From: an uncultured virus (IMG/VR IMGVR_UViG_3300005526_000009)
Lineage: Duplodnaviria; Heunggongvirae; Uroviricota; Caudoviricetes
Strand: one strand, 5' to 3'
IMG/VR virus record: IMGVR_UViG_3300005526_000009
DNA: 64,000 nucleotides
In this document: piece by piece, positions 38,795 to 48,974 of the stretch
Layout: every line of letters begins with the position of its first letter
Numbering within the stretch: the stretch's first letter is position 1
Notes under the pieces: model-generated
What the model was told of the DNA's origin: nothing
Database searches by the model: none
Seen by the model: only the letters and a program-made list of their open reading frames with translations
Program-made: the position numbers and the translations under genes

Positions 38795-39005
38795 AATATT
38801 AAGTGTAATGAGGGTAACATATACCGCACTTGTTTTGGGGGTGCTGATGTCAATCTACATGATAAATTCCGTTTTCTGGTATTTGGTAAAGAGTAATTAT
38901 GTTGTTTTCGTGACAAGGGTTGACATCACGGTGCTGGCGGTGGCTGTTGTTGCGGTCCTTGTTGCGATAAGGGTTTACCAAAAGGTGTTCATGATATAGT
39001 GATTA

Positions 39006-42000
39006 TTACGCACCATATCTCATCATGTCGTTTATGATCTGCTCATTGGTAATCTTGTTGAACACACGTGAGTCCACCTGGGATGTCAAATTGATCTTTA
39101 TCTTCCCATTTATCTTGTGTGTGATTTGGTCAATCAGCTTTTGCATGAACATCCCCATGTCCATGCCACCCATCATGTCAGATGCCTTCTTTATGGGGTT
39201 GCTGCCCTTTCTTGGTGTTGCGGTGGGTTCACCCTTTCCATAAACAGCATCCTCATTGAACTCCTTGTAGAGTGGGTTGGCCTGATTGTCCGCACCATAA
39301 CCATATGTGGAGTCCTGCTGCTGGGTGTTTACCTGATCACGTGCAGTTCTTGCTTCCTCCGATACATAGTCAGAGTATATCTTTTGTGCGGCTATCAACC
39401 TGTCCAGGTTGGGATTCTCTATTGGGGTTGTTGTGCCGTCATCGGTTGGAATAACCATACCTGTTGTTCCCAATCCCTGTCCCGCTACTCCCAATCTTGG
39501 TTTGCCAATACCGGTGGTCAGTCCCTTCTGGAACTGGAACCCTGTTGCGGTTCCATATGTGAACGGTATGCCATTGTGTTTGATGTCCTCATTGGAGCCG
39601 TCATATGTCTTAAAGTGCTTCTTATCCTTGGGGTTGCCGTGTGACCCATGGCTTATGTGCCTGCCCTCATATGCGTCAATGTCCAAAGGCTCACCCTCCC
39701 TCACTACAAGTCTACCATTAATGGTAACATTTCCTTTCTTGTCATATACCAGCCTGCCATATAGCATCTGTGACACGCCTGGTGGCTTTTGGCCGGTTCC
39801 GGTTGTTGCGGTGTTCATGGGGTTGGCATATTGCCTTGTGTTGTAGGAACGTTCCTCCACACCTGTTGCGTAGTATTCAGGGTGCTTGTTCTTGAACAGC
39901 TTTTTGTTGGTTCCCTCCAAAGGTATTACCGTGAGCATTTCAGGCTCCTTTACCCCAAGGTCATTGAGTATCTTCATATGGTTTACCTGCTCAACCTCTG
40001 CCCTACCTGTCCTCACTCCCATCCTTATCACCTGCTCCTTTCCGGCTTCACCCACGACAACACGGTTTCCCTTGTTGCCCTGTGCTTCGGAGTAGATGGC
40101 CTGCGCAAGCTCACCACCACCTGCCATAAACATGGTTGGGGCCATACCCGCTGCCGCACCAACCGTGACACGCCTGGTGATAACTGTGATGGTAACAGTC
40201 TTGTCCTTGAGTGAGTTTATCTCGTTGGCCAGTGCCTTTACCTGTGACTGTGCAGTCTTTGCTGATTGGGTAATCCTGTCAATTCCCTTTGCCGCTGCCG
40301 CTGCCTTTTGCGCTATCGCATCCATTACCTGTGATGCTATTGACCCAAGCTGTTTGATATAACCCGCAGCATCAGATGTTGCACGCTTGAAGTTGTCGTT
40401 AAACACACCAACCATCTTTGTGACGGATTGAGTCATGGTCTTCATTACCTGATCATTGGCCTTTTGTAGTTGCAGTAGGTATCCACCCGCATCCTCCGTT
40501 GCACGCTTGAAGTTGTCGTTGAAGACTCCCACCAATGACTGTATTGCGGCTGTTATCTGCTGGACTACCTGCTGTGTTGCCTTTACAAGTGCCGTAAAGA
40601 ATGGTGTTACCACTGATGATGTTATGGTGTCAAATGTCAGCTTGAATGAGTCAACCAGGCCCTGTAGTGATGGCGCAATTAACTGGAAGTTGGATGGGAA
40701 CATACTCACGAATGTCGAAAAGAACGTTGTTGTATTGGTTATTATTGTATCAAACGCAGGCTGAACCTGTGCTGGCAGCAAGAGGAATGCCGCTCCAACT
40801 GCCGGTATTGCTGTTGTGGTCATTTGCAACAGTGTTGTGTTCATCACTCCTGCCTGTTGAAGTATGGTAACAAATGCTGGTCCTATCTGTGCTGGCAGTG
40901 CCGCAAACCCATCCGCTATCGCCTTGAGTGTTATCTGTGCCATAGTAACCAATGTCTGGTCAAGTATTGCCCCCTGTTGTGCTGTTCTCACAAAGCCCTG
41001 TGTGGTTGCGTCTGCGCTCTGTGCTGCTGTTGTCAATGCCGGTGACAGTCCACCTGTTGCCGTTGTCACACCTGTCAACCCCGTGCCTAATTGACCTGAT
41101 GCAATTGCGGCTGCCTTAATGTTGGGTGGTAATGTTCCTGCCGCATTGCCAACAGCAAGAAGGTTCTTTTGTGCTTCTGTGAGTGGTGCTTTGTTTTGCA
41201 GTGAGGCCAACAATGCATCATATGTTGATTTTGGCTGTTCACTGAAACTCATGTGTGTTAATGGATCCAATGCTGCCACTGCTGGGTTTGCCGCTGCTGG
41301 AATGCTTTTGGCCACTTCTGATATCTCTGCCATTCTTGCAGCCATTCCCTCAGCCGTTGTTGGAACAGGTCTACTCAATATTTCCTCCATTTTCTTAATT
41401 GGTGCTTCAAGTTTGGGGGGGATTTCACCATTAAATGCATCTATACCTTTTGCAAACGTTCCCTTAATCATATCTATGTATTTGCCATATGCACTGGGAT
41501 CAGCATTGGCAACTGTTGATTCACCAATCTTGATCATCTTTTGTAGTTTGTCACCAAGAATCTGTTCCAGTGAGGTCTTTTCCATTGCATCCTTTATCTC
41601 TTTTGGGAACTTTATGCCAATCTCATCCTGCAAGTCATGCATCGCATCCTTTGCACCCTTACCCCCATTGGCTATCGCTTCGGTGAATTTGGACATCATC
41701 TGGACACCACCCTCAAACAATGCGTTTTCAACTTCCTTTACAATTGGTTTTACACCCTTCATCACACCAATCCATTCCTTCAGCGCATCATCATTACCAA
41801 TGAACCCTTCGGTGGAAACACCCAGTTTTGCCGCAATCTCCTGCAATCCCTCTGTGAATCCCCTGCTCTGTGAGTTTGCTGTCGTGAGTTCCTTACCCCA
41901 CTCTGCGGCAGCCTTGCCACCTTCCGCATATGCCTTGTTGTTCTCAATTGCGGCTGCTGTCGTGTGGCCAAATTCATTGTATGTTGTGTATAACTCACCA

Positions 42001-45000
42001 TTTAGTGCCGCTGTTTCTACCTTTAGTTGCTTTGTTGCGAGTTGTTGGCCAATAGCACCCTGTTCCCATGCCAAAAGCTGTGGTTCCCCTGTCTTTAGCG
42101 CATCGGTGAAGTGGCTTAACTCACCCTTGGTTTCATAAAGTATGTTATATTGATCCTGCAATGCCTGCCTGTTCTTGTTTACACCGGATTGGAAACCAAT
42201 ATTCGCTGCCTGACCGGAGGCTATTGCTGCGGAATATGCATCCAATGTTCCATTTTGCTGCTTTAGTGCAACTTCCTGCTGATTGAGTGCAAGTGTTCCC
42301 TCAACAAAGCCCTGGTTGTAGGCTGCTGTCTGGGCCGTTCCATCCTTCATCTGCTCCACAAGTTTCTGGTTCTCACCTGCTGTGGATTTTGTTGCGAGAG
42401 TTTGCTGCTGCAATGCGGAAACCTGCTTGTCTATACCCTCACCAAATGCCAGCATTTGTGGGATGTTGGTCTTCATCTGTTCCGCAAGTCGTTGATGTCC
42501 ACCCTGTGCGTTTGCAAGGCTCATTGCGTTCTGCAACAGCGCAACATCCTGATCAGCCATTCCCTTGTTGAATGACTTGCCCAGCGCATCCTCATTCTTT
42601 ATCTCATTGCCAAGTTCCTTGTATCTGCCGGATGCGTTGTCAATACCGAGCTGCAAGTCCTGGAATGACTTGCGCTGGTCATTCATGCCTTCCTGAAACG
42701 CAATTGCATGTGTCTTTGACTGGGTTAATGCGGCATCATGTGCCTGTAATGATCCGGTGGTTTTCTTTACACCCTCTTCCCATCCCAATAGTTCCTGCTG
42801 GCCTTCCTGATATCCGGCTGTAAGCAGGTCATTGTTGTATTTGGTGTCATTGAGTTGCTTGCCCCATTCGGCTATTGTGCCGGAAGCAACCTTGATTCCA
42901 GCCTGCATCTCCTTGTATTTGAGAATCTGGTCAGTCTGTCCCTTCTCATATAGGGTGTTTGTTGCGATCTGTTCACCCATTATGTCACCATGACCTGTGA
43001 GCATGTCATCATACTCCTTGATTGCGTCCTTGTTGGCGTCAACGGCCTTCTTTATCTGGCCATATTGTGTCAACTGTTCCTTAAACGCTGGATTGCCCTT
43101 GGCATCGAGTTTCTGGTTGCCCTGTTCATCAAGGTCAGGAACAAGTTTCTTTTCAGCAGGCCCCTGTGACACCTGCAAATTTGAATCGGTCACAAGTGCT
43201 GGTTTGTTCTGGGCAGCCTTTTTCTGTGCTTCAGCAGCCCTTTTCTCATCATTACTGTTTGTCAGTTGAAGAACACCATTTTTGTAGATGCCAGGCTGTG
43301 GACTCTGTTGTTTGGGAGGGACTGCCCCCTGATCAGCAGTAAACTGATACTGTCCACCAAATGTGTTTGGGTTAAAGGCTGATGGACTCTGGATGGCTGG
43401 TTTTGTGCTTGTGGCCAATGGATTCCTATCCAGTGAAGGAACACCTGTTGACAGTTGGTTGGTTGGCACTGGTCCCTGTGGAATGTTTTGTTGCGGGTTC
43501 TGGCTTGGTAGTTGCTGTGCGCCTGAAAACCTGCTTGGTAGTTCGGTAGTTGGGGGGTTTCCCTGATCACCCTGTTTGTTCAACCCAAATGCATTGCCTA
43601 TGGCTTCACCTGCCTTGTTGAATGGTGCTGCAATGCCGGCAATCCACTCACCAACTATCTTGGTGATGTCACCACCAAGCAGTTTCTTTACTATGGCCTG
43701 ACCCTGCGCAACAACACCGTCAGCCACCTTGCCCAATGGTGTATAGATGTTGGTGTTAAGCCATGTCTGAACCATCGAATCAAACTTCTCATAGCCCAGA
43801 ATGGCATCCATTATCTGCTTTCCAAGATCACCTATGCCAGTAACAATACCCTTGAATGCATTGATTATGGTCTGGACTCCACGTGTGATGTTGTCGATTG
43901 TTGGCTGGAGGTTGAGTATCTTAACAATACGATTCCATACCTCAGTTGCGACTCCCGCAAACCCATCAAACTCCGCCTTGAATTGCGCAAGGTTCTGCTG
44001 CACATTCTTCTGTATCTGCCCACCAATGCCCTCCAAGAACGTCTTGAACTTTGCATCGGCATCCCTGCCAAACTGGTCTATACCCTTGCCAATCTCCGTT
44101 AAGAGACCGTTCACATCCTTATTGACCTGTATGAATATGCCTGGCAGTGAAGCGAATGCCTGTCCTATCAAATCAACTGCCTTCTTATAATCATGCTGTT
44201 CCAATGCCTTGGTAAACTCTCCCCATGCGGATGCTGAAGCCTTCATCTGTTGCTCAAAGTGGCCACCCATTGTGGCTATCTGGTTGTCTATCTTAACAAC
44301 AGTGTTTCCCAGGTTGGAAACCAATGTGTCATTTGATGCCTGCATGTCGGCTATGGAGTCATTCCACCATGTGGACATGTCCTGGCTGGCCTTCTTGAAG
44401 TGGTTTGCAGTCTGTGTTGCGGACTCTCCGGTAAGGCCAAACACACCTGCCAGTCCCACCAGGGTATCACCCAGTGACTTGAGGATGGGATTGGTGTCAC
44501 CCAGTGACTTGCCAAATGCGTTTACAGCATCCCTTGCCCCAAATGCGTTTGTTCCATACATCACAAGTGCGGCAACAACTGCCACTATAGCACCGACAAC
44601 ACCTACCTTTGCAATGGTTGACAGGCCGGTGAACGCTGTTCCCAATATACCGGTCTTTGTTGCGCCTTGTAATGCTCCCTCTCCAAGTTTGGCAACATCC
44701 TTCTCGGCTTCCTTCAAAAAGGGAGACATGCCACCAGCACCCATGGCGGCATCGGCAAACGCTCCGGTGATGTCCTTCATGCCGTTCTTGGTTGTGATTG
44801 TTGCCTTACCGACAATGTTCTCATAATCCTTCATTGGGCCACGGCTTATGTCATCAACAAACTGCTTTGGTCCCTTTGAGCCACCCATCCATAGTGGCAA
44901 TAGTTGTGACAATCCCGCTGCTGTGTCTGTTACCATGGTTCCTGTGCTGGTCTTTGTTACCTGTGCGGCTTCCACCAACGTGGATCTGTATTTGGAGAAT

Positions 45001-46328
45001 GGTCCACGCTCAAAGTCATCGGCAAACTGCTTGCCGGCATTTGCAAGTTTGCCCAATGCGGCTGGCATTGCTGCGCCAAGTGTTGTCGCAACGGCTGTGC
45101 CAAGTGTTCCCAAATTGTTAATCACCCCCTTGCCCATTGACTCAGAAGCGATGCTGACCTCCTTCATTGCTGTTTTGGCCTTGTTTGATCCCAACCCAAG
45201 ACTGCTTGCAAAGTTGAGTGCGCTCCCCGCAACATCGGCGAATGTGGTCTTCATTGATGTGAGGGTGGATGATGCCGCAGCCATCTCCTTTATCTTGGGT
45301 ATTACTTTTAATATGGCAGGCAGCATGTTGGACAACAATTCAATTGAGACCAATCCCACCATGAACATCATGTTGTGTAGTGCGAATGTGGCTTCCCTCT
45401 GCTCATACGCAAGTCCACGCTGTGCCTTCACCAACGCTTCATGAGCTTGAATGGCCTGCCTTGAATCCTTACCAAACCTGGCTATCGCCGTGTTTTCCTT
45501 GTCCTGTGCCTGCTGCACCTTCTCAGTCTGCATCTCCACCATCTCACCGATACCAGCCACGGAATCCATGGACATTGCGAGAACACCAAAGCCAAGGGCC
45601 ATACCGGATACGTGCCTGACGTTCTGCATTATCTGGGTTCCACGTTCCTTGTCAAAGGCCGTTCCCTTCTGCTGTGCAACATTGGCTGTCTCACTGGCCG
45701 CAGTCAATCGTTCCTGACTACCTATTGCTGAGTCTGTTGTTGCGGCAAGTGTGCGGATGGATGCCGCTGCGGATTCTGCCTGCCTTCCCTCCATGGACAG
45801 TGATTCTGCTGCCTGCATGTTGGCCTTGGCCATTGTGGTGTTGACACCAATGACCCTTTCCGCACCACCTATGAACTGGTTGGTTGATATCACTGTTCCC
45901 TCAACAGCGGCCTTATACAGATCCATGTTGGTTGTTACCTGCTTCATTGAGTTTGCGAGTGGTCCAGCGGTTGACAGTATCTTTTGCTGTGCGGCATTGT
46001 AGCTGTCCGCTGCCCTACCTGTGGATAATAACGTGTTTGCAACCTGTTCTGCACTGGACTTTATCTGGTTGAGACCGGCACTGGCCTTGCCACCACCAAG
46101 ACCACCGAGTGATGTGTTCAGGCCGTTCACACTTGACTGAACCTTCTTGACAACAGAGTCAAGTGAGTTCAGGCTTGAGGTAGCACCTGATGTCGTTCCT
46201 GATTTTGAGACAGCGGTTCCGAGACTGGTTATGGACTTTACCAGCTTGTCCAGATCTGCCGATGTTGCGCCTGTCTGCTCGATGTTAATACGGTATAGTA
46301 ATGTCTCGGAGTTGCTGGTGCTGCTCAT
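39006..46328 (-). CDS. Tail tape measure protein (2440 aa)
   Basis: Very long Ala/Gly/Gln-rich helical repeats, hydrophobic segments, C-terminal VVGEAGKE motif. Confidence 0.9.
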   Translation of the reverse strand: MSSTSNSETLLYRINIEQTGATSADLDKLVKSITSLGTAVSKSGTTSGATSSLNSLDSVVKKVQSSVNGLNTSLGGLGGGKASAGLNQIKSSAEQVANTLLSTGRAADSYNAAQQKILSTAGPLANSMKQVTTNMDLYKAAVEGTVISTNQFIGGAERVIGVNTTMAKANMQAAESLSMEGRQAESAAASIRTLAATTDSAIGSQERLTAASETANVAQQKGTAFDKERGTQIMQNVRHVSGMALGFGVLAMSMDSVAGIGEMVEMQTEKVQQAQDKENTAIARFGKDSRQAIQAHEALVKAQRGLAYEQREATFALHNMMFMVGLVSIELLSNMLPAILKVIPKIKEMAAASSTLTSMKTTFADVAGSALNFASSLGLGSNKAKTAMKEVSIASESMGKGVINNLGTLGTAVATTLGAAMPAALGKLANAGKQFADDFERGPFSKYRSTLVEAAQVTKTSTGTMVTDTAAGLSQLLPLWMGGSKGPKQFVDDISRGPMKDYENIVGKATITTKNGMKDITGAFADAAMGAGGMSPFLKEAEKDVAKLGEGALQGATKTGILGTAFTGLSTIAKVGVVGAIVAVVAALVMYGTNAFGARDAVNAFGKSLGDTNPILKSLGDTLVGLAGVFGLTGESATQTANHFKKASQDMSTWWNDSIADMQASNDTLVSNLGNTVVKIDNQIATMGGHFEQQMKASASAWGEFTKALEQHDYKKAVDLIGQAFASLPGIFIQVNKDVNGLLTEIGKGIDQFGRDADAKFKTFLEGIGGQIQKNVQQNLAQFKAEFDGFAGVATEVWNRIVKILNLQPTIDNITRGVQTIINAFKGIVTGIGDLGKQIMDAILGYEKFDSMVQTWLNTNIYTPLGKVADGVVAQGQAIVKKLLGGDITKIVGEWIAGIAAPFNKAGEAIGNAFGLNKQGDQGNPPTTELPSRFSGAQQLPSQNPQQNIPQGPVPTNQLSTGVPSLDRNPLATSTKPAIQSPSAFNPNTFGGQYQFTADQGAVPPKQQSPQPGIYKNGVLQLTNSNDEKRAAEAQKKAAQNKPALVTDSNLQVSQGPAEKKLVPDLDEQGNQKLDAKGNPAFKEQLTQYGQIKKAVDANKDAIKEYDDMLTGHGDIMGEQIATNTLYEKGQTDQILKYKEMQAGIKVASGTIAEWGKQLNDTKYNNDLLTAGYQEGQQELLGWEEGVKKTTGSLQAHDAALTQSKTHAIAFQEGMNDQRKSFQDLQLGIDNASGRYKELGNEIKNEDALGKSFNKGMADQDVALLQNAMSLANAQGGHQRLAEQMKTNIPQMLAFGEGIDKQVSALQQQTLATKSTAGENQKLVEQMKDGTAQTAAYNQGFVEGTLALNQQEVALKQQNGTLDAYSAAIASGQAANIGFQSGVNKNRQALQDQYNILYETKGELSHFTDALKTGEPQLLAWEQGAIGQQLATKQLKVETAALNGELYTTYNEFGHTTAAAIENNKAYAEGGKAAAEWGKELTTANSQSRGFTEGLQEIAAKLGVSTEGFIGNDDALKEWIGVMKGVKPIVKEVENALFEGGVQMMSKFTEAIANGGKGAKDAMHDLQDEIGIKFPKEIKDAMEKTSLEQILGDKLQKMIKIGESTVANADPSAYGKYIDMIKGTFAKGIDAFNGEIPPKLEAPIKKMEEILSRPVPTTAEGMAARMAEISEVAKSIPAAANPAVAALDPLTHMSFSEQPKSTYDALLASLQNKAPLTEAQKNLLAVGNAAGTLPPNIKAAAIASGQLGTGLTGVTTATGGLSPALTTAAQSADATTQGFVRTAQQGAILDQTLVTMAQITLKAIADGFAALPAQIGPAFVTILQQAGVMNTTLLQMTTTAIPAVGAAFLLLPAQVQPAFDTIITNTTTFFSTFVSMFPSNFQLIAPSLQGLVDSFKLTFDTITSSVVTPFFTALVKATQQVVQQITAAIQSLVGVFNDNFKRATEDAGGYLLQLQKANDQVMKTMTQSVTKMVGVFNDNFKRATSDAAGYIKQLGSIASQVMDAIAQKAAAAAKGIDRITQSAKTAQSQVKALANEINSLKDKTVTITVITRRVTVGAAAGMAPTMFMAGGGELAQAIYSEAQGNKGNRVVVGEAGKEQVIRMGVRTGRAEVEQVNHMKILNDLGVKEPEMLTVIPLEGTNKKLFKNKHPEYYATGVEERSYNTRQYANPMNTATTGTGQKPPGVSQMLYGRLVYDKKGNVTINGRLVVREGEPLDIDAYEGRHISHGSHGNPKDKKHFKTYDGSNEDIKHNGIPFTYGTATGFQFQKGLTTGIGKPRLGVAGQGLGTTGMVIPTDDGTTTPIENPNLDRLIAAQKIYSDYVSEEARTARDQVNTQQQDSTYGYGADNQANPLYKEFNEDAVYGKGEPTATPRKGSNPIKKASDMMGGMDMGMFMQKLIDQITHKINGKIKINLTSQVDSRVFNKITNEQIINDMMRYGA

Positions 46329-46369
46329 GGTTTATGAATATATATATAATCATGAAGCTATATTAATTT

Positions 46370-46723
46370 ATGATTTCAATACAGGTAACACATACCAATC
46401 CTGGTGTTGTTGCCAGCAATGTTGAGAGGGTTTCCAACATCAGGAAAACCAATGGTGAAAGGCCGTTGATAGAAAAGAGACTGAAGGAAGCGAAGGAAAA
46501 TGCGTTCTCAGACGCAAGATATAAGACCGGTGCGATGCGTGAGTCCATAGCCGTTAGCACCGATAACGGTGTTGGCCAGATATCAGTTGGTATGTATTAC
46601 TCCAGGTATATAGAGGGTGGGTCATCACACAACAGGGCATTCCCATTCTTCTTTGGTAACGTCCATGCCGCTGTGGAGTTGCTTAAGGAGGACATTAGGA
46701 ACCTGTATATGAGTAGGGCTTGA
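46370..46723 (+). CDS. HK97 gp10-like tail completion protein
   Basis: KTGAMRESI...YSRYIEGG....A.PF. Confidence 0.7.
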   Translation: MISIQVTHTNPGVVASNVERVSNIRKTNGERPLIEKRLKEAKENAFSDARYKTGAMRESIAVSTDNGVGQISVGMYYSRYIEGGSSHNRAFPFFFGNVHAAVELLKEDIRNLYMSRA

Positions 46724-47590
46724 TTACTTCCTTATTTTTACTATGTTATCGATATGCTCATTTAATAAAAATGAACGTAATTCAGGGTCATTTTGCTTAT
46801 CGGGTAGCATATCACAATATTGTTTATACTCGCAGGTAACACATTTCCAGTGTCTTTTTTTCTTCTCGGCTAACACGGGTATGATTGTCAGGTCACGCTC
46901 CTTCACTGCCTTTACCAATGCTGGTCTGATCAGGTCATTCAATATGAATTTTATTTTGGTGCGTAAAGGATGGTCTTTTGGTATACTTATTTTATAAAAG
47001 AAGAACGGTATCTTTTTCTGCTTGTTGCGATATGTGACGGTGTGCTGCTTTGTCTTCAGGTCATACTCCATCTCAAACGGCAAGCCATACTGCACTATGA
47101 CCTTACCCTTTTCAAGACCGGTCAACAGCATGTAATAGACAACCTGGCGTGTGTAGGACTTTAGGTTGTCACTGTCAATAGTTAAAGGCCCCTGGGCATT
47201 GGTGTTCTTCAACTCAAACACAACACCCTCATCATGGTTTATGAAATCAGGATGCCCCGATATGTTGTCAAAGGCAATGTCCATCTGGCACTCTGTTTCA
47301 TGATTCTTATATTTATATTGCAATATGGGAATCATGGCAGATTCCGCACCAGAGCCACGCATAAAGTTGCTGGCGGTGTAGACGTTCACACCGGCCTGTG
47401 ACGGGAACACCTGTGGTATTAGTTGCTTTCTGGCACAGAACGTTATGTCTGCTATGTGGAGCTTGCCATCGGCAATCCTTTTCCTGTTACTCTCATCATA
47501 GTATTTGATGATAGAGTCAACAAACTCCGCACCAAACTCTGTGTCTTCCTCTATGAATATACTATCGTCGTTTTCTTGTTGTTCAGTCAC
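46724..47590 (-). CDS. Cas4-like PD-(D/E)xK exonuclease
   Basis: HIADITFCARK, GHPD...ELK, QVVYY, C-terminal CVTCEYKQYC (4-Cys Fe-S staple). Confidence 0.82.
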   Translation of the reverse strand: MTEQQENDDSIFIEEDTEFGAEFVDSIIKYYDESNRKRIADGKLHIADITFCARKQLIPQVFPSQAGVNVYTASNFMRGSGAESAMIPILQYKYKNHETECQMDIAFDNISGHPDFINHDEGVVFELKNTNAQGPLTIDSDNLKSYTRQVVYYMLLTGLEKGKVIVQYGLPFEMEYDLKTKQHTVTYRNKQKKIPFFFYKISIPKDHPLRTKIKFILNDLIRPALVKAVKERDLTIIPVLAEKKKRHWKCVTCEYKQYCDMLPDKQNDPELRSFLLNEHIDNIVKIRK

Positions 47591-47942
47591 TTGTATCAGC
47601 CTTGTAATAGTCCTGTGGGTATTCCTTTTCCATTAATTCCAACATGAACATTATATATGAGTTAAAGGTTGGTGCGTCAATATCATCCTCATAATCGACA
47701 AACAAACTTTCCCTGATTTTGGGTAATTGTTCTATAACTTCATCATGTAAAGGATCATATTTTATGTCAGAGTAGTCACTGAATGACATGTCCCAATCCT
47801 CAACATCCCAATACCTGTAAACATTGATACCAAACAGGGTGTCATGCCTGAACGATGACTTTACAAGTGAATGAAAATATGGATATTGTTTAAGGAATTC
47901 CGAGTCTCTTTTTAAGATGTAAATGTATGTGTAGATTCCCAT
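47583..47942 (-). CDS. Hypothetical acidic protein
   Basis: Packed ORF. Confidence 0.55.
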   Translation of the reverse strand: MGIYTYIYILKRDSEFLKQYPYFHSLVKSSFRHDTLFGINVYRYWDVEDWDMSFSDYSDIKYDPLHDEVIEQLPKIRESLFVDYEDDIDAPTFNSYIMFMLELMEKEYPQDYYKADTSD

Positions 47943-48248
47943 CTATTTCTTGGATGGTGGTGCGGGCTTATTAGCGTTTTCAATTTCATTGTTCAATAGA
48001 CCATTGAGGAACGCATAGGCGTTGAGATATTCCACATAGATTTCAGGGTTGCTTGGGTCACGCTGCCAGTGCCTTAGTCCGGTTGTCTTCTCACTCATGA
48101 ACAAATCGATAAAGAACTGCTGCTCTTCAGTCAGGGCGGCAAGCGCAAGCATGCGGTTCCTTGCGTCATCGTTCTGGATTGTCAGTGCCTTTATCCATAT
48201 TTTTTCTATGTTTGGCTTATGTAATAAGGGTTGTATGCGTTCCTGTAT
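47943..48248 (-). CDS. Probable -1 frameshift extension of the tail assembly chaperone
   Basis: Frame open 48248-47943, overlapping the end of 48206..48910 in the -1 frame; first ATG only at 48152. Confidence 0.5.
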   Translation of the reverse strand: MQERIQPLLHKPNIEKIWIKALTIQNDDARNRMLALAALTEEQQFFIDLFMSEKTTGLRHWQRDPSNPEIYVEYLNAYAFLNGLLNNEIENANKPAPPSKK

Positions 48249-48910
48249 TCATAGAGGAAAATCAATGCCCTCAAATCCTTTCTGGAGTAGTTGGATATGT
48301 CCTTTATCTTGAAGTAGATCTCGCATTTCTTGTCAACAATATAGTTGTTGACCAGTGTTATGTAGGTGTCAGAGTCTGTGAGTTTCTCATCATAGATGAT
48401 GTTCCCTTTCTTGTCACGCTGTATGACACCGGCATCATCCTTGACGGGGTATTTGGTTTTCTCCGGTGCGAGTTCCTCCAGTGAATCAACATCTGTTGCG
48501 ATTTCCGGGTATTTTCTCTGCAATTCCTCAAGTGGTATCTTGTTCTCAACATCGTATTTAAAAGCCTTTAGTTTTCTGAGAACCTTGTTTATCTCTGATT
48601 CAGCACGTGTGGTTAGTGGTATGTATGGGACTGACTGTTTGGTTAGTTTACCGTTGTCATCAACAACCTCAAAGACGATAACACCATCCTTAAACTGTTT
48701 CTCTATCTCCTGAACCTTCTCATCATCAATACCCTTTATCAGATCATGAATGTTCTTTATCTTCGCAACCTGCGCACCCTGTATCTGTGCCTGGATTACC
48801 TGTGACTGCTCTATGATTTTCTTGGCCTCTTCAGGAATTTCATCCTTGGTTGGTGCGGGATTATTATTGGAATTAACAGTAGGAATATCTAAATCGGTTT
48901 TACCACTCAT
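48206..48910 (-). CDS. Putative tail assembly chaperone
   Basis: Acidic protein right after the tail tube gene; ends ...YNPYYISQT. Confidence 0.55.
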   Translation of the reverse strand: MSGKTDLDIPTVNSNNNPAPTKDEIPEEAKKIIEQSQVIQAQIQGAQVAKIKNIHDLIKGIDDEKVQEIEKQFKDGVIVFEVVDDNGKLTKQSVPYIPLTTRAESEINKVLRKLKAFKYDVENKIPLEELQRKYPEIATDVDSLEELAPEKTKYPVKDDAGVIQRDKKGNIIYDEKLTDSDTYITLVNNYIVDKKCEIYFKIKDISNYSRKDLRALIFLYEYRNAYNPYYISQT

Positions 48911-48974
48911 TATAACATAGTGTTACTATGATGGGCTATAAAAGTCTATAGCGAAAATCAGAAAAAATAAGTTA

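Noticed and set aside
38625..38999. Hydrophobic + strand ORF between the TMP and minor tail genes
   Set aside because: Overlaps 38123..38794 and has an unclear start; coding status cannot be supported.
39025..46425. Many + strand ORFs antisense to the tape measure gene (and similar ones over other long genes)
   Set aside because: Shadow ORFs with no recognisable motifs.
46724..47590. CRISPR-Cas system
   Set aside because: Only a solo Cas4-like gene; no other cas genes or array.
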